Shown here piece after piece: positions 27,449-36,466 of a stretch of DNA of 64,000 bases. The stretch's first letter is position 1, and every line of letters begins with the position of its first letter. A program made the translations under genes and the position numbers. The DNA is from Candidatus Woesearchaeota archaeon (lineage in GTDB: Archaea > Nanobdellota > Nanobdellia > Woesearchaeales > JACQSR01): assembly GCA_016211215.1 (NCBI GenBank), contig JACQSR010000008.1, forward strand, positions 6,546 to 70,545, in the 5' to 3' direction. The notes beneath the pieces were generated by a model, which was not told where the DNA came from, did no database searches, and worked only from the letters and a program-made list of their open reading frames with translations.

Positions 27449-28531
27449 ATGAAAAAGATCTTCATGGTCACTTCGTTGATTTTCTTGTTAAGTAATAATC
27501 TAGTATTTGCCGATCCAGCCGAATATTTATTTAAGAACGAATCTTTGGGGCAAACAGATATGATTGTAGAAGTTAATGATCAAAACTATACAATTTATAA
27601 TATTGATAGGAGTCAAGAAGGTAACCTTTTACTTATAGATTCTAATGGATTTCTACCATCTGATGGAATAATACAAAAGAGTATCGTTACTTATTATACT
27701 TATTTATACATAAATAACCATGAAGAAGAAATTGAATCACACTTCCACATAACCGCCAATAAATTAGACAAAGAAGCAAAATCAAACTATCAAAAGATAC
27801 TCGATACTTTCAAATCTTTATCAGCAGTATGTGTAGATATTCCTCCTTTCCAGCTATTGCAAGTTTGTGTTAAACCTAGTGATAAATTGAGTATAATGAA
27901 AGTTACAATTGTAGTTGTCAAATTACTTCCAGACTGGAATATCGCACTTAATAATTACAAAAATCTTGGGGGCAATATTTTATATTTTACTGATAAATCA
28001 GATACAATGAGATATGGTTTTACCGAAGATCTATATAGTGATATTATTGCAACTTACAGTTTTCTTACTGTTGTCGAGGAAGTGACTGGTGAAAAATTTA
28101 CTGAGAATGATATTATTAAGCCGGAGAAGATTGCGAATGAAGTCGGCAAAAGTACAGAACTTGAATTTAACAGCATCAAACTTAGGTTATTCACATTAAA
28201 AGACTCTGAGAAAAGTAAGTTTGATCAGGTAAAATCAAAGATTAAAGAAATAAGTATCCTGATGAAGGATATTGCTAGAATAAATGGGGATTTGGACGAT
28301 ATTAAAACTAAGAACACCGGTTTGAAGGGTGAAATCGCACTGATAAGCTTAAATGATCAAAAATTGAGGTCAGATATAGACGATTTAGACAACATTTTAC
28401 TAAAAGCTGAGGAATTGAGAAAACAAGCCGAAAATTCATATACTACCCAACAAGATATTTACCAAAAAGAACGTTGGGACTCTAAGGCTATTGATTATGT
28501 TATGGGTTTAGTTAGGTCAATGGTTTACTAA
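27449..28531 (+). CDS. secreted protein with C-terminal coiled-coil (AT-rich orphan)
   Basis: Signal peptide MKKIFMVTSLIFLLSNNLVFA, preceded by an AAGGGGG SD-like sequence. The track starts at the TTG at 27422. No family recognised. Confidence 0.5.
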   Translation: MKKIFMVTSLIFLLSNNLVFADPAEYLFKNESLGQTDMIVEVNDQNYTIYNIDRSQEGNLLLIDSNGFLPSDGIIQKSIVTYYTYLYINNHEEEIESHFHITANKLDKEAKSNYQKILDTFKSLSAVCVDIPPFQLLQVCVKPSDKLSIMKVTIVVVKLLPDWNIALNNYKNLGGNILYFTDKSDTMRYGFTEDLYSDIIATYSFLTVVEEVTGEKFTENDIIKPEKIANEVGKSTELEFNSIKLRLFTLKDSEKSKFDQVKSKIKEISILMKDIARINGDLDDIKTKNTGLKGEIALISLNDQKLRSDIDDLDNILLKAEELRKQAENSYTTQQDIYQKERWDSKAIDYVMGLVRSMVY

Positions 28532-28532
28532 A

Positions 28533-29135
28533 ATGAAAGATTTCAACAAGAATAAGATTATTGAACAAATCTTACTTTCCCTAGAGAGGTTCCAGAAAGA
28601 ACTAGGGTCTGTATCCGGTTCAGAAAGATTTTTCTCCTCAATAACTCTATTTGACCAGATGGAAAAAGGAGTATTAGCAAATCTTCTATTTGAACTTTGG
28701 GAAAGGAATATTCAATCTGCTCTAAACAAATATTGCAGTATGATAGATAAAATAAAAGAAAGTCGTGGAAACATCTTAAAAGTAAATCCAAAATATAATC
28801 AATTCAAAAGAGAAGGTGAGGTTATAAAAAGGGAACAAGATATTACAATTAAAGATAAATTAGAAAAATATAAATCATTATTTGAAAAGACCACTATTGA
28901 AATAAACTATTTAAAAGATAATAATACAAGCTTAATTAGTGAAGGTAAAAGAAGTTATTTGAAAATATACCTCCTTTGTGCAACTTTAATAACTGCTTTT
29001 TATTCAACTGTTGTAGGATTTTATTTTAGTGGTGATGTATCTGCTATAAATAAGAATTTAGTGTTGGTGATTATAATATGGGCGGCTATATTATTCTTTC
29101 TATGGAATAAACTGTTTGAGTGGATTAACAAGTAG
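28533..29135 (+). CDS. hypothetical protein with two C-terminal TM helices
   Basis: Starts 1 nt after the upstream stop. YLLCATLITAFYSTVVGFYF and LVLVIIIWAAILFFLW are TM-like. Confidence 0.5.
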   Translation: MKDFNKNKIIEQILLSLERFQKELGSVSGSERFFSSITLFDQMEKGVLANLLFELWERNIQSALNKYCSMIDKIKESRGNILKVNPKYNQFKREGEVIKREQDITIKDKLEKYKSLFEKTTIEINYLKDNNTSLISEGKRSYLKIYLLCATLITAFYSTVVGFYFSGDVSAINKNLVLVIIIWAAILFFLWNKLFEWINK

Positions 29136-29178
29136 TTTTCTCGCCCTCCCACCACTACGACTAAACGGTTTTCTCGCC
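29135..29178. repeat. right arm(s) of inverted repeat
   Basis: GTTTTCTCGCCCT (29135-29147, starting in the stop codon of 28533..29135) and GGTTTTCTCGCC (29167-29178). Confidence 0.6.
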
Positions 29179-29300
29179 TTGATTCTTGTTCTTGATGTGT
29201 CGCTTTGTTCCTTTGATGGAACTTAGCCCAAAAATTACTTTTCGGACGAAATTTTCCCACACTTTGTAGGGGAAAAGAGTATAACAAGTATCCCTGGGTT

Positions 29301-29528
29301 TTAAAGCAATTTCAGGAATTCCTCTTTCTTCAAACCCGACTGGCGTATAATCTCCAGGAGCGTGCCCCTGTCTACTTCGTCATGCAACGGAACAACTGTT
29401 ACCTTTGTGCCTTCCGAAGTTTCTTTCCTCAGAATAACGTGACTCCCTTTCTGTCTTGCGGCAACAAACCCGTATTTTGTTAGAATTTTGATGACATCCT
29501 TACCGGAAAGTCTAGGCAGCTTTTGCAT
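29301..29528 (-). CDS. hicA: HicA-family mRNA interferase toxin
   Basis: LSGKDVIKILTKYGFVAARQKGSHVILRK is the YcfA/HicA signature (G.H). 75 aa. Confidence 0.85.
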   Translation of the reverse strand: MQKLPRLSGKDVIKILTKYGFVAARQKGSHVILRKETSEGTKVTVVPLHDEVDRGTLLEIIRQSGLKKEEFLKLL

Positions 29529-29733
29529 TTTCCTTTACAGCAAAGCGGGCAATTATTGCTTCTTTCCCCTTAAACTCCTGAGGCAGACCCATCTCTTCTA
29601 TGTACAGTTCAACGGCTTCCTTTAGGTTGGAAAGAGATTCTTCTACTGTATAACCCTGGCTAACAATGTCCACTTCAGGACACAATGCAACATACTGTTT
29701 CTCTCCTTTTCTGATAATAGCTGTAAAGTCCAT
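29512..29733 (-). CDS. hicB: HicB-family antitoxin (UPF0150 fold)
   Basis: FTAIIRKGEKQYVALCPEVDIVSQGYTVEESLSNLKEAVELYIE is a typical HicB N-domain. Overlaps hicA by 17 nt. Confidence 0.8.
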   Translation of the reverse strand: MDFTAIIRKGEKQYVALCPEVDIVSQGYTVEESLSNLKEAVELYIEEMGLPQEFKGKEAIIARFAVKENAKAA

Positions 29734-29803
29734 ACAATTCGCCTGTTTATGTTAGTAGTGCACTCTACTTTATAAAACTTTCATTAAACAACAAGAATTC
29801 AAA

Positions 29804-32005
29804 TCACTCCATCGGCACTGCAGACCACAATGTCCAGTCGTTTGACGGAGAGTATCCTCCAAACACATATTGTGGAGGCCTGTTCTGGCCGAAATAGGAA
29901 TACTGGATTTCGCCCCATACCTGAGGCTGAGCAGCCCTTGCGCCCCCTATGCCATACACGGGGCTTCCAAACTGCCTCCATGCCTTCATAAGCCCGTGGA
30001 AATCTGAAACATCAGTTGAAGCGTCTGCACCAGGCTCTACCGTAATTGCCTTGTCGTAGCCGTTCTTCTTCAGGAGCTTAATCACGTCCTGTATGGGCGC
30101 ATTTCCCTGTCCGGGCGCAAGATGGTCATCCTGAAACCCAAAGTTGTCAACAATATGCACGTTCTTAATCATCTTTGATTCTGCAAGCTTCTTAACCTGT
30201 TCCACATACCACTTGTTGAATGCCTCCTCGTTCTGCTCCAATGTCAATCCCGGCTGTGGGTCCCAGTATTTCCTCCACAAATTCAGATGCCCGGTGTCAA
30301 GGGTAACGCCTATGTGCGTTTCTGCAATCTTTGCCGCTTCTTCTTTGCTCATTCCGGGCTTATAGAAAGGGTTTGCCCTCTCCTGGGGTTTTCCCTCACT
30401 GAACCACTTGGTTCTTTCTTCGGGCGTAAGGGGCTCTCCAACTCCGTACCTGTCTGTGGGTGTGGTGAGGAATTCGACCATCTTTTCCCTTGATTTTTTA
30501 ATAAGCCACACAAGCTCTTCAGGATGCCCGCCAAACCTGTCAGGAAATAAATTTTCCACGGTAAGATACAACGGCTTGTCGGGGTTTTTCGAACGCTCCC
30601 AGGCGCGTATGCCAAGCTCTGCATAGAATCTTGTCGGGTGCCTCTCAAGCCTTTTAATAGGAGTTACAAGGTGAAGCCTTGTCTCATAGGTATCCTGCGC
30701 CTGCTGCTCCTGCGATGTTGATGCCTGTTTCGCAAACTCAAGGTTTTTTGAATTGTCATGGAGGGCTTCCTTAAGCCATTCTGAAGGAAGCTTGTTCTCG
30801 GGAGGCAAAAATGTGCCTCCAACTCCAAGCCCACGGACAAACTGAGTGTCTGATTTCATTAATTTCCAAAGCTCTTCCTTTGGGGTTGTTTCTTCAAGTT
30901 TTTTGTAGAAGTCGTATGCCTTCTCTAATTTGGTTATGTTTTCGATTCTTTCATCAGCCTCTCGTCCGTACTGCAATGCCCATCCGCGGGAGTGAGCCTC
31001 GTTTGTGAGCAGTGTTGCATGAAGAAATGCCTCTTCAGGGTATCTTTTTTCATAATAATCCGGCTTCCTTCCGTTCTTCAGCTCGAACACCTTGTTTTCC
31101 TCTTCGGCAACTTTCCTGAAATCATCGAAGTGGAGATACCTCGTCTGAAAACGACCTTTTTCCCTATCGTACTTTGGAACCCTGCCTTTAATGGGGTCGT
31201 AAATATCCTTAAGAGGTATAAGCTTGCCCTGATAATCGGTATAATCACCCTTCTTAATGCTGGTAGGATTGTCCCAAATGTCCTTTCCGTCGTAATCCTT
31301 TTCTGAAACATTCCAGTCCGGGAATGCAACAACTCTATCGCCCTGTACGGTTTCCATGACCTGGGAAGTTCGGTCGTCAAGCAATACATAGGCCGCATCT
31401 ACAGGTTCAGAATGGCGTTTCCTGAACATCAATCTTCCTGTCTTTGGGTCAACTGCGAGGTTATGCTTTCCGGTCTCGTCGTCTATCACCATGCCCACAA
31501 TAGGCCTTTCAAACTCGCCGGTGTGCATTACAATCGAGCCGGAGCCTGCAACGTCAGCTGCGAAGTCAACTGCCCGTGCAATCTCATCCTTGCAGAGCTT
31601 TGCGTTTGTGATGGAGAAATTTCCCCGCTCATCACGCCCCATCAGCCCCATTACGTTGTAAGCTGCATGCGTGGTAAAATTAACCTCGTTTATGGCGCCC
31701 ATCTCGCGCAATGCCTGGCGCTGGTCGTGGCCGTAAACTCCGGGCGTATGAGCGCCGCGCTGAGAGGAAAATGCACCCGGAAATCCCAATTCAATTGCGC
31801 CAACACCCATCCTGATTTTAGAGTAAACGCCTGCAACATTTGCAGCGGATATTCCCAACGGGACAGACATTCCAACGTCCTTGATGCCATACCCTAAACC
31901 CGATAAGTCCTTCTTATCCCGAGGCTGTGGAGAAGAGCGGCCATAAGTTTCGGAGTCCATGGAGTTAAAGTAATCAACCATAGGGTGATAGTTGTAGAAC
32001 TGCAT
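29804..32005 (-). CDS. xylose-isomerase-like TIM-barrel (AP endonuclease 2 / sugar-phosphate isomerase superfamily) protein with ~315-aa internal insertion
   Basis: Barrel motifs: GAIELGFPG, FTTHAAY, SIVMHTGE, then after the insertion LYLTVENLFP, VTLDTGHLNLW, VHIVDNFGFQDDHLAPGQGNAPIQDVIKLLKKNGYDKAITVEPG. Confidence 0.7.
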   Translation of the reverse strand: MQFYNYHPMVDYFNSMDSETYGRSSPQPRDKKDLSGLGYGIKDVGMSVPLGISAANVAGVYSKIRMGVGAIELGFPGAFSSQRGAHTPGVYGHDQRQALREMGAINEVNFTTHAAYNVMGLMGRDERGNFSITNAKLCKDEIARAVDFAADVAGSGSIVMHTGEFERPIVGMVIDDETGKHNLAVDPKTGRLMFRKRHSEPVDAAYVLLDDRTSQVMETVQGDRVVAFPDWNVSEKDYDGKDIWDNPTSIKKGDYTDYQGKLIPLKDIYDPIKGRVPKYDREKGRFQTRYLHFDDFRKVAEEENKVFELKNGRKPDYYEKRYPEEAFLHATLLTNEAHSRGWALQYGREADERIENITKLEKAYDFYKKLEETTPKEELWKLMKSDTQFVRGLGVGGTFLPPENKLPSEWLKEALHDNSKNLEFAKQASTSQEQQAQDTYETRLHLVTPIKRLERHPTRFYAELGIRAWERSKNPDKPLYLTVENLFPDRFGGHPEELVWLIKKSREKMVEFLTTPTDRYGVGEPLTPEERTKWFSEGKPQERANPFYKPGMSKEEAAKIAETHIGVTLDTGHLNLWRKYWDPQPGLTLEQNEEAFNKWYVEQVKKLAESKMIKNVHIVDNFGFQDDHLAPGQGNAPIQDVIKLLKKNGYDKAITVEPGADASTDVSDFHGLMKAWRQFGSPVYGIGGARAAQPQVWGEIQYSYFGQNRPPQYVFGGYSPSNDWTLWSAVPME

Positions 32006-32006
32006 G

Positions 32007-33407
32007 CTAGCGCCCCCAATTCAGCATGCCGTGGTGCTTCTTGAAATGGTGGTAAGTTCCCCACGTGGCTTTTCTCACCAAAGGGTCTGCCTCCTTTCTT
32101 GCAAGCTCCTGCTTCCATGCCTTGTTCTTGTCAACTTTTGGCTTAGATGGTTTTGGATTCCTAAATGTGGTGGAAAATCCCTTTAGTATTGAGGAAAGCG
32201 GCCCATAATATTTTGGGGGTGTTTCTTTCGGCTTTAACGTGCCTATGTCTTCTCCGGCCTCCTTCAGGTATTTCATCAATTCATCGCCCATGGCGTCCAT
32301 CGCAGCTTTAATGGAGGAATCAATGACTTCCAAAAGCCTGAATTCCTCCTCGTCGCGCATGCTCCTGTACTTTTTAATTTCATCATCGCTCCAGACATAT
32401 GCGCGGAAGTCAATCATGACCCTGCCAACGTGAACCGGGCCGCGCTGGTATTCCTGGGAATAGCTCATCTCAGGGCGCGTACGGTAGAGGTAATGCATAA
32501 GCACGACCTCATTTATTCCCGTATCTTTTACAGGTTTTCTTGCAAGAATCTCAATCTCTATCATTGAAGTTTCAAATGCAACAACCAAGTCTGCAGTATC
32601 AACCTTGTTCTGGTCAAGGGTAAGCCTCCTGATGTTTTTCAGGTACGGCTTCGCCCATGCCATGTACATCTTGATGATTTCATAATGCTGCCTTAGGTAT
32701 TTCAGGGTAAACTTCCTCCTGTTCTTGAGCTCTTCATAGGTATGCTCCTTCCAGGCAAGGTATGCGCGGAGCTTTCTCTTCAGGACTTCACGGACCTTGC
32801 GGTTGAACTGGCCGCGCTCACGCTCGACAACCTCGTCGACATCCTCCTGCTGGAAGGGATGGGTGGAGAAGAACAAATCAGGCAAAGTTGTAAACTGCAC
32901 CTCGCGGGCCATTCCATAGACGGATGCAGGGTTCTTTGCCCCCTGCTCGACCATATCCACCCATATTCCCTTTAATGTAATTTCCGCGGATTCGCGGCTC
33001 CTGCTGTTTGCGTATGAGTCAGCATAGTAGCCGAGCCTCTCGTCAAGTATCCTAAGCTCGCGCACAAGCTGGAATATTTCCTTGACCATCTTGCCGATGG
33101 TTGCAAGAAACTGGGACACCTTGTCCTGCTGGGCTCCAAGGCGCTGCTGGGCTGCGCCAAAAAAAGCAGAATTTTCAGCTGCCGAGAAAACATCCGTAAT
33201 CTTGTCAATATAGGGATAGCCATGAAAATACCTCAGATAGTCCAGAACCCAGAAGTAGGGCTCTTCAACCGAGATGTTAAATCCCTCTATGTAGAGCTTG
33301 TACCTCACCAAAGGCTTAGGGTAGCCTGTGGGAATGGTAGGGCCATTGCGGGTTTCCTCGTCCTTTTCTATGCCGAAACCGAACTTTGCTATGTCTACTG
33401 GCTCCAA
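32007..33407 (-). CDS. conserved-looking hypothetical protein, mostly helical, basic C-terminal tail
   Basis: Stop codon is 1 nt from the start of the TIM-barrel gene. Core-like codon usage by eye. No motif recognised. Confidence 0.6.
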   Translation of the reverse strand: MEPVDIAKFGFGIEKDEETRNGPTIPTGYPKPLVRYKLYIEGFNISVEEPYFWVLDYLRYFHGYPYIDKITDVFSAAENSAFFGAAQQRLGAQQDKVSQFLATIGKMVKEIFQLVRELRILDERLGYYADSYANSRSRESAEITLKGIWVDMVEQGAKNPASVYGMAREVQFTTLPDLFFSTHPFQQEDVDEVVERERGQFNRKVREVLKRKLRAYLAWKEHTYEELKNRRKFTLKYLRQHYEIIKMYMAWAKPYLKNIRRLTLDQNKVDTADLVVAFETSMIEIEILARKPVKDTGINEVVLMHYLYRTRPEMSYSQEYQRGPVHVGRVMIDFRAYVWSDDEIKKYRSMRDEEEFRLLEVIDSSIKAAMDAMGDELMKYLKEAGEDIGTLKPKETPPKYYGPLSSILKGFSTTFRNPKPSKPKVDKNKAWKQELARKEADPLVRKATWGTYHHFKKHHGMLNWGR

Positions 33408-33438
33408 AATATCAACCCCTTTTTTGCATTGTAGTGAT

Positions 33439-33726
33439 TCATGGCTTATATATAGTTTTTCCTTTTTGCAATACTATTATATTTCCAACGCTTTCCACCA
33501 ATACTGCATCAACCCTTTTGCTGATTTGAAGGGCCAGTTCCCTAGAACTTTTGCCGGAAGCATATGATTTCAGCAGCTTTATTTTTATCAGGACTTTTTT
33601 GTCCAACTGGGACCTGATTTCTTTTATCATTGCATCGCTTAACCCGTTTTTTCCTATCCTAAGCATCGGCTCAAGACCCTTTGCCCTTGCTTTAATCCTA
33701 TTCATGGCGCGGATGCTCATGGCCAA
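33439..33726 (-). CDS. YhbY/CRS1 (CRM-domain) RNA-binding protein
   Basis: LEPMLRIGKNGLSDAMIKEIRSQLDKKVLIKIKLL matches the YhbY pattern (iGk.Glt......i...l..hELiKvk). The start may be the internal ATG at 33705, which would avoid overlap with the antiporter gene. Confidence 0.8.
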   Translation of the reverse strand: MAMSIRAMNRIKARAKGLEPMLRIGKNGLSDAMIKEIRSQLDKKVLIKIKLLKSYASGKSSRELALQISKRVDAVLVESVGNIIVLQKGKTIYKP

Positions 33727-35473
33727 GCCTCTTTCTTTCTTTCAGTTCGTCAATGTGCGCAACCTTAAGCTTCAATATGCTCTTGAGGTCCCTGTGGTAA
33801 TCTTCAATCATCATGGATATGTGCTTGCCGCCCAGGAAGTGGGGCAATATCACGTAATCTGCCCCCTTTTCGTACAATGTCAGCGCCTCATCAATCTGGT
33901 TTGCGGTCAATATTATGGATATCTTCGGGTTTTCCTTCTTTGCCTTCTCTATAATCATCTCGTTGTCATTCAGGGTAGGAACCGTTGAGATAACTATCCT
34001 CGCGTGCTTGAGGTCAACCCGCTCCATGATTTCATTGTTGCCTATGTCGCCAAATATGCAGGGCACTTTTTCCTCCTTCAGCTTTCTTATGACATCCGGG
34101 TTGTAATCTATCACCAGCATCTTCTTCTTCAGGCGCTTCAATGTATTGCCTATGGAAAATCCTATCCTGTTGTAGCCGCAGACAATTACGTCGTACCTGC
34201 CCTTCGGCACATTCCCCAAGTTTGCGGAAGTTGCGGTAACCTTGTCAAGGCCGGAGATGTAGGATGACATCCAAAGGTAGATTGGAGTTTCATATTCCAT
34301 AAGGTAAGAGGTTATGATTATTGAGAAGACAGCCAAAAGGATGGTTATGGTTACTATGCCTTGCGAAACATGGCCGAGCAGAAATCCCTGCGATACCAAA
34401 ATAAGCGAGAATTCCGAAATCTGGCCCAATGAAATTCCTGCAATGAAAGACGGCCTGTGGAGGTAGCCAAAGAATGAAACCAGGATGAACACTATGAGGG
34501 GCTTTAGAGCCACGACGAGGACAAGCAATGCAACAAAAGGAAGGATAACTTCCCTTACCGAGCTGATGGAAACTCCAAGGCCCAGGCTCACAAAGAATAT
34601 TGTGGAAAAAAAGTCCCTAAGCGGCTTTACCTGCCCGATAATCTGGAAGTTGAATGGCAGGCCTGCAAGGCCAACTCCTGCAGCAAATGCGCCTATTGCA
34701 ATTGAAAATCCCGGGCTAAGGACATTGATTATTTCGCCGCTTAAACTGACATCAATGTTTTGCAGTATGGAAACTATTATGCTGCCTATGTGCTGGAACA
34801 GCAAAGAGATTGCAAAAAGGAATGTTATGGCCATGAGGAACAGTATTTCCTGGTTTTTTGCGGCGCGCCTGAAAATATGGGGGATAATGAGGCGGGTGAA
34901 TACAACAACAAGCCCAATAAGGATTACTGCCTTTACGGCAGAAATCAGCATGAAAAATCCGGAGAAGGAATCGACTGACCTTAGTATTGAAAGGGAGATT
35001 ATTGCGACAATGTCCTGAACTATGAGGATTCCGATTATTATCCTGCCGTGCAGTGTGTCTATGGAGCGCTTGTCCGATAATATCTTGACAATCACCATGG
35101 TGGAGCTCAATGCAACTATGAGCCCCAGATAGACAGACTCTATCTTTCCGAATCCAAAAATCAGTGACAGCAGAAATGCAGCGGAAAACAGGGAAATAAT
35201 CTGGGCAAGGCCGCCTATTGACGCAACAGCGCCAACCTCACGAAGCTTTCTGAGGTCAAGCTCCAATCCCGCAATAAAAAGCAGGAAGGCTATTCCTATC
35301 TCGGACAATGTTCCGATTATGCCTGAGTTGGTTATAATCCCCAGAAGAGGGCCTAAGATTACGCCTGCAACAACATACGCAGGAATCATGGGCTGATTTA
35401 TCATCCTTGCAAGGTATGAAAGTATTGTTGCAACTATCAACATAATGCCAATGGCAAGGAATATGTCTTCCAT
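33698..35473 (-). CDS. Kef-type monovalent cation:proton antiporter (CPA2) with C-terminal RCK/TrkA-N domain
   Basis: About 12 TM helices. Rossmann-like VIVCGYNRIGFSIGNTL followed by an RCK-like domain. Confidence 0.9.
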   Translation of the reverse strand: MEDIFLAIGIMLIVATILSYLARMINQPMIPAYVVAGVILGPLLGIITNSGIIGTLSEIGIAFLLFIAGLELDLRKLREVGAVASIGGLAQIISLFSAAFLLSLIFGFGKIESVYLGLIVALSSTMVIVKILSDKRSIDTLHGRIIIGILIVQDIVAIISLSILRSVDSFSGFFMLISAVKAVILIGLVVVFTRLIIPHIFRRAAKNQEILFLMAITFLFAISLLFQHIGSIIVSILQNIDVSLSGEIINVLSPGFSIAIGAFAAGVGLAGLPFNFQIIGQVKPLRDFFSTIFFVSLGLGVSISSVREVILPFVALLVLVVALKPLIVFILVSFFGYLHRPSFIAGISLGQISEFSLILVSQGFLLGHVSQGIVTITILLAVFSIIITSYLMEYETPIYLWMSSYISGLDKVTATSANLGNVPKGRYDVIVCGYNRIGFSIGNTLKRLKKKMLVIDYNPDVIRKLKEEKVPCIFGDIGNNEIMERVDLKHARIVISTVPTLNDNEMIIEKAKKENPKISIILTANQIDEALTLYEKGADYVILPHFLGGKHISMMIEDYHRDLKSILKLKVAHIDELKERKRLGHEHPRHE

Positions 35474-35616
35474 CAGCGCTTCACCTCAAGCAGAAATCCC
35501 TTTGGATGCTTCTTGAATTCGAGCTCCACGCCCTTATCGAGGCCCTCGTATTCCGCAATAGCCTTGGGTATAGTTATTGTCAGCTGTCCCGACGGAAGTT
35601 TTTGGATTTTGACCAT
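35473..35616 (-). CDS. unlisted 47-aa AbrB/SpoVT-like protein translationally coupled to the antiporter gene
   Basis: Hand translation: MVKIQKLPSGQLTITIPKAIAEYEGLDKGVELEFKKHPKGFLLEVKR*. QLTITIPKAIAE..GL.KG fits the AbrB looped-hinge pattern. Its TGA shares one base with the antiporter ATG (TGATG). Below the 60-aa track cutoff. Confidence 0.55.
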   Translation of the reverse strand: MVKIQKLPSGQLTITIPKAIAEYEGLDKGVELEFKKHPKGFLLEVKR

Positions 35617-35759
35617 ATTAGATTTAATAGTTTTTTGACTAGTTATCAGGTTATTAGTGTAAATAGTATATAAAACTTGCTATCATGTGTCTGTTGAGGA
35701 TATATGGATAAATTAACACAATAATCCTTAAAAGACAAGTTTCGTTACCAACCATTTCC

Positions 35760-36110
35760 ATGGTAAACTATTCAAAAGGCAAAGAGAGGGTTATAACTAT
35801 AGGTATTCCCTTAATAACGGCTATTCTCTTAGGGTTGCTAGATGTCTTTGGGAAATCCTACCTGACTCCTATTCTCCTTGTTGGACTGGGGGTATTTTTA
35901 TCCTTAGCTATATTATATTTTGCCATTCGTTTTTTAGAAGACCGAGAATTAAGATGGAAGGGTAATAAGAGTTCACATGATGATTTTAGAGCGCGTTTAG
36001 ACAAACTCGAAAGCTCATTAAAGGATTTCTTAGTTCAACAAAAGACTCATGAAAAGATTAATAAACTTGAGAATCGTATATCCTATCTTGAGGGAAGGAC
36101 AAAAAAATGA
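35760..36110 (+). CDS. small membrane protein with C-terminal coiled-coil
   Basis: Two TM-like segments, then RARLDKLESSLKDFLVQQKTHEKINKLENRISYLEG. Confidence 0.45.
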   Translation: MVNYSKGKERVITIGIPLITAILLGLLDVFGKSYLTPILLVGLGVFLSLAILYFAIRFLEDRELRWKGNKSSHDDFRARLDKLESSLKDFLVQQKTHEKINKLENRISYLEGRTKK

Positions 36111-36376
36111 AAGGAAAAAACGCCCAGGTTGAATTGGCAATAATAAAAGGACTTGCCCTGGCATTGGGAATAGTCGGTGCTTTTTTAGTATATGAGGTTA
36201 TAACCGCCCAGACGCCGGATGGTGACTCTATAAAGTGCGAATGGGATTGTTCAAAAGCGCAATGGAGTGTTTGTGCAGGCGGATATTCCTACAGAGACGT
36301 GAATTTTTGTGTGTCTAACGATAATCGTTGTTTAAATAGCGAACCGAAACCTCCAACTAAGACTAAATGCGACTAA
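36107..36376 (+). CDS. small membrane-anchored Cys-containing protein (weakly pilin-like N-terminus)
   Basis: MKGKNAQVELAIIKGLALALGIVGAFLVY, then 6 Cys in the extracytoplasmic part. ATGA overlap with the upstream gene. The class III signal assignment is weak because position -2 is N. Confidence 0.45.
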   Translation: MKGKNAQVELAIIKGLALALGIVGAFLVYEVITAQTPDGDSIKCEWDCSKAQWSVCAGGYSYRDVNFCVSNDNRCLNSEPKPPTKTKCD

Positions 36377-36466
36377 ATCCCCCTACGGTGGCTTGGAAAT
36401 TTGGTCTGTTGGAATTTTTTGTTGGAAGGAAAACAACTATAACTGACCAGTACAACAAGTAAGGTT

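Noticed and set aside
29181-29240. A third member of the 10076/12800 repeat family to the right of the 27-29 kb cassette (GATTCTTGTTCTTGAT vs GATTCTTGTTCCTGAT at 12778-12793; AACTTAGCCCAAAAATTA vs CACTTCGACCCAAACTGA)
   Set aside because: Only a 15/16 match plus a weak gapped stretch. By eye I cannot separate this from chance or shared promoter-like composition. It would need a proper alignment.
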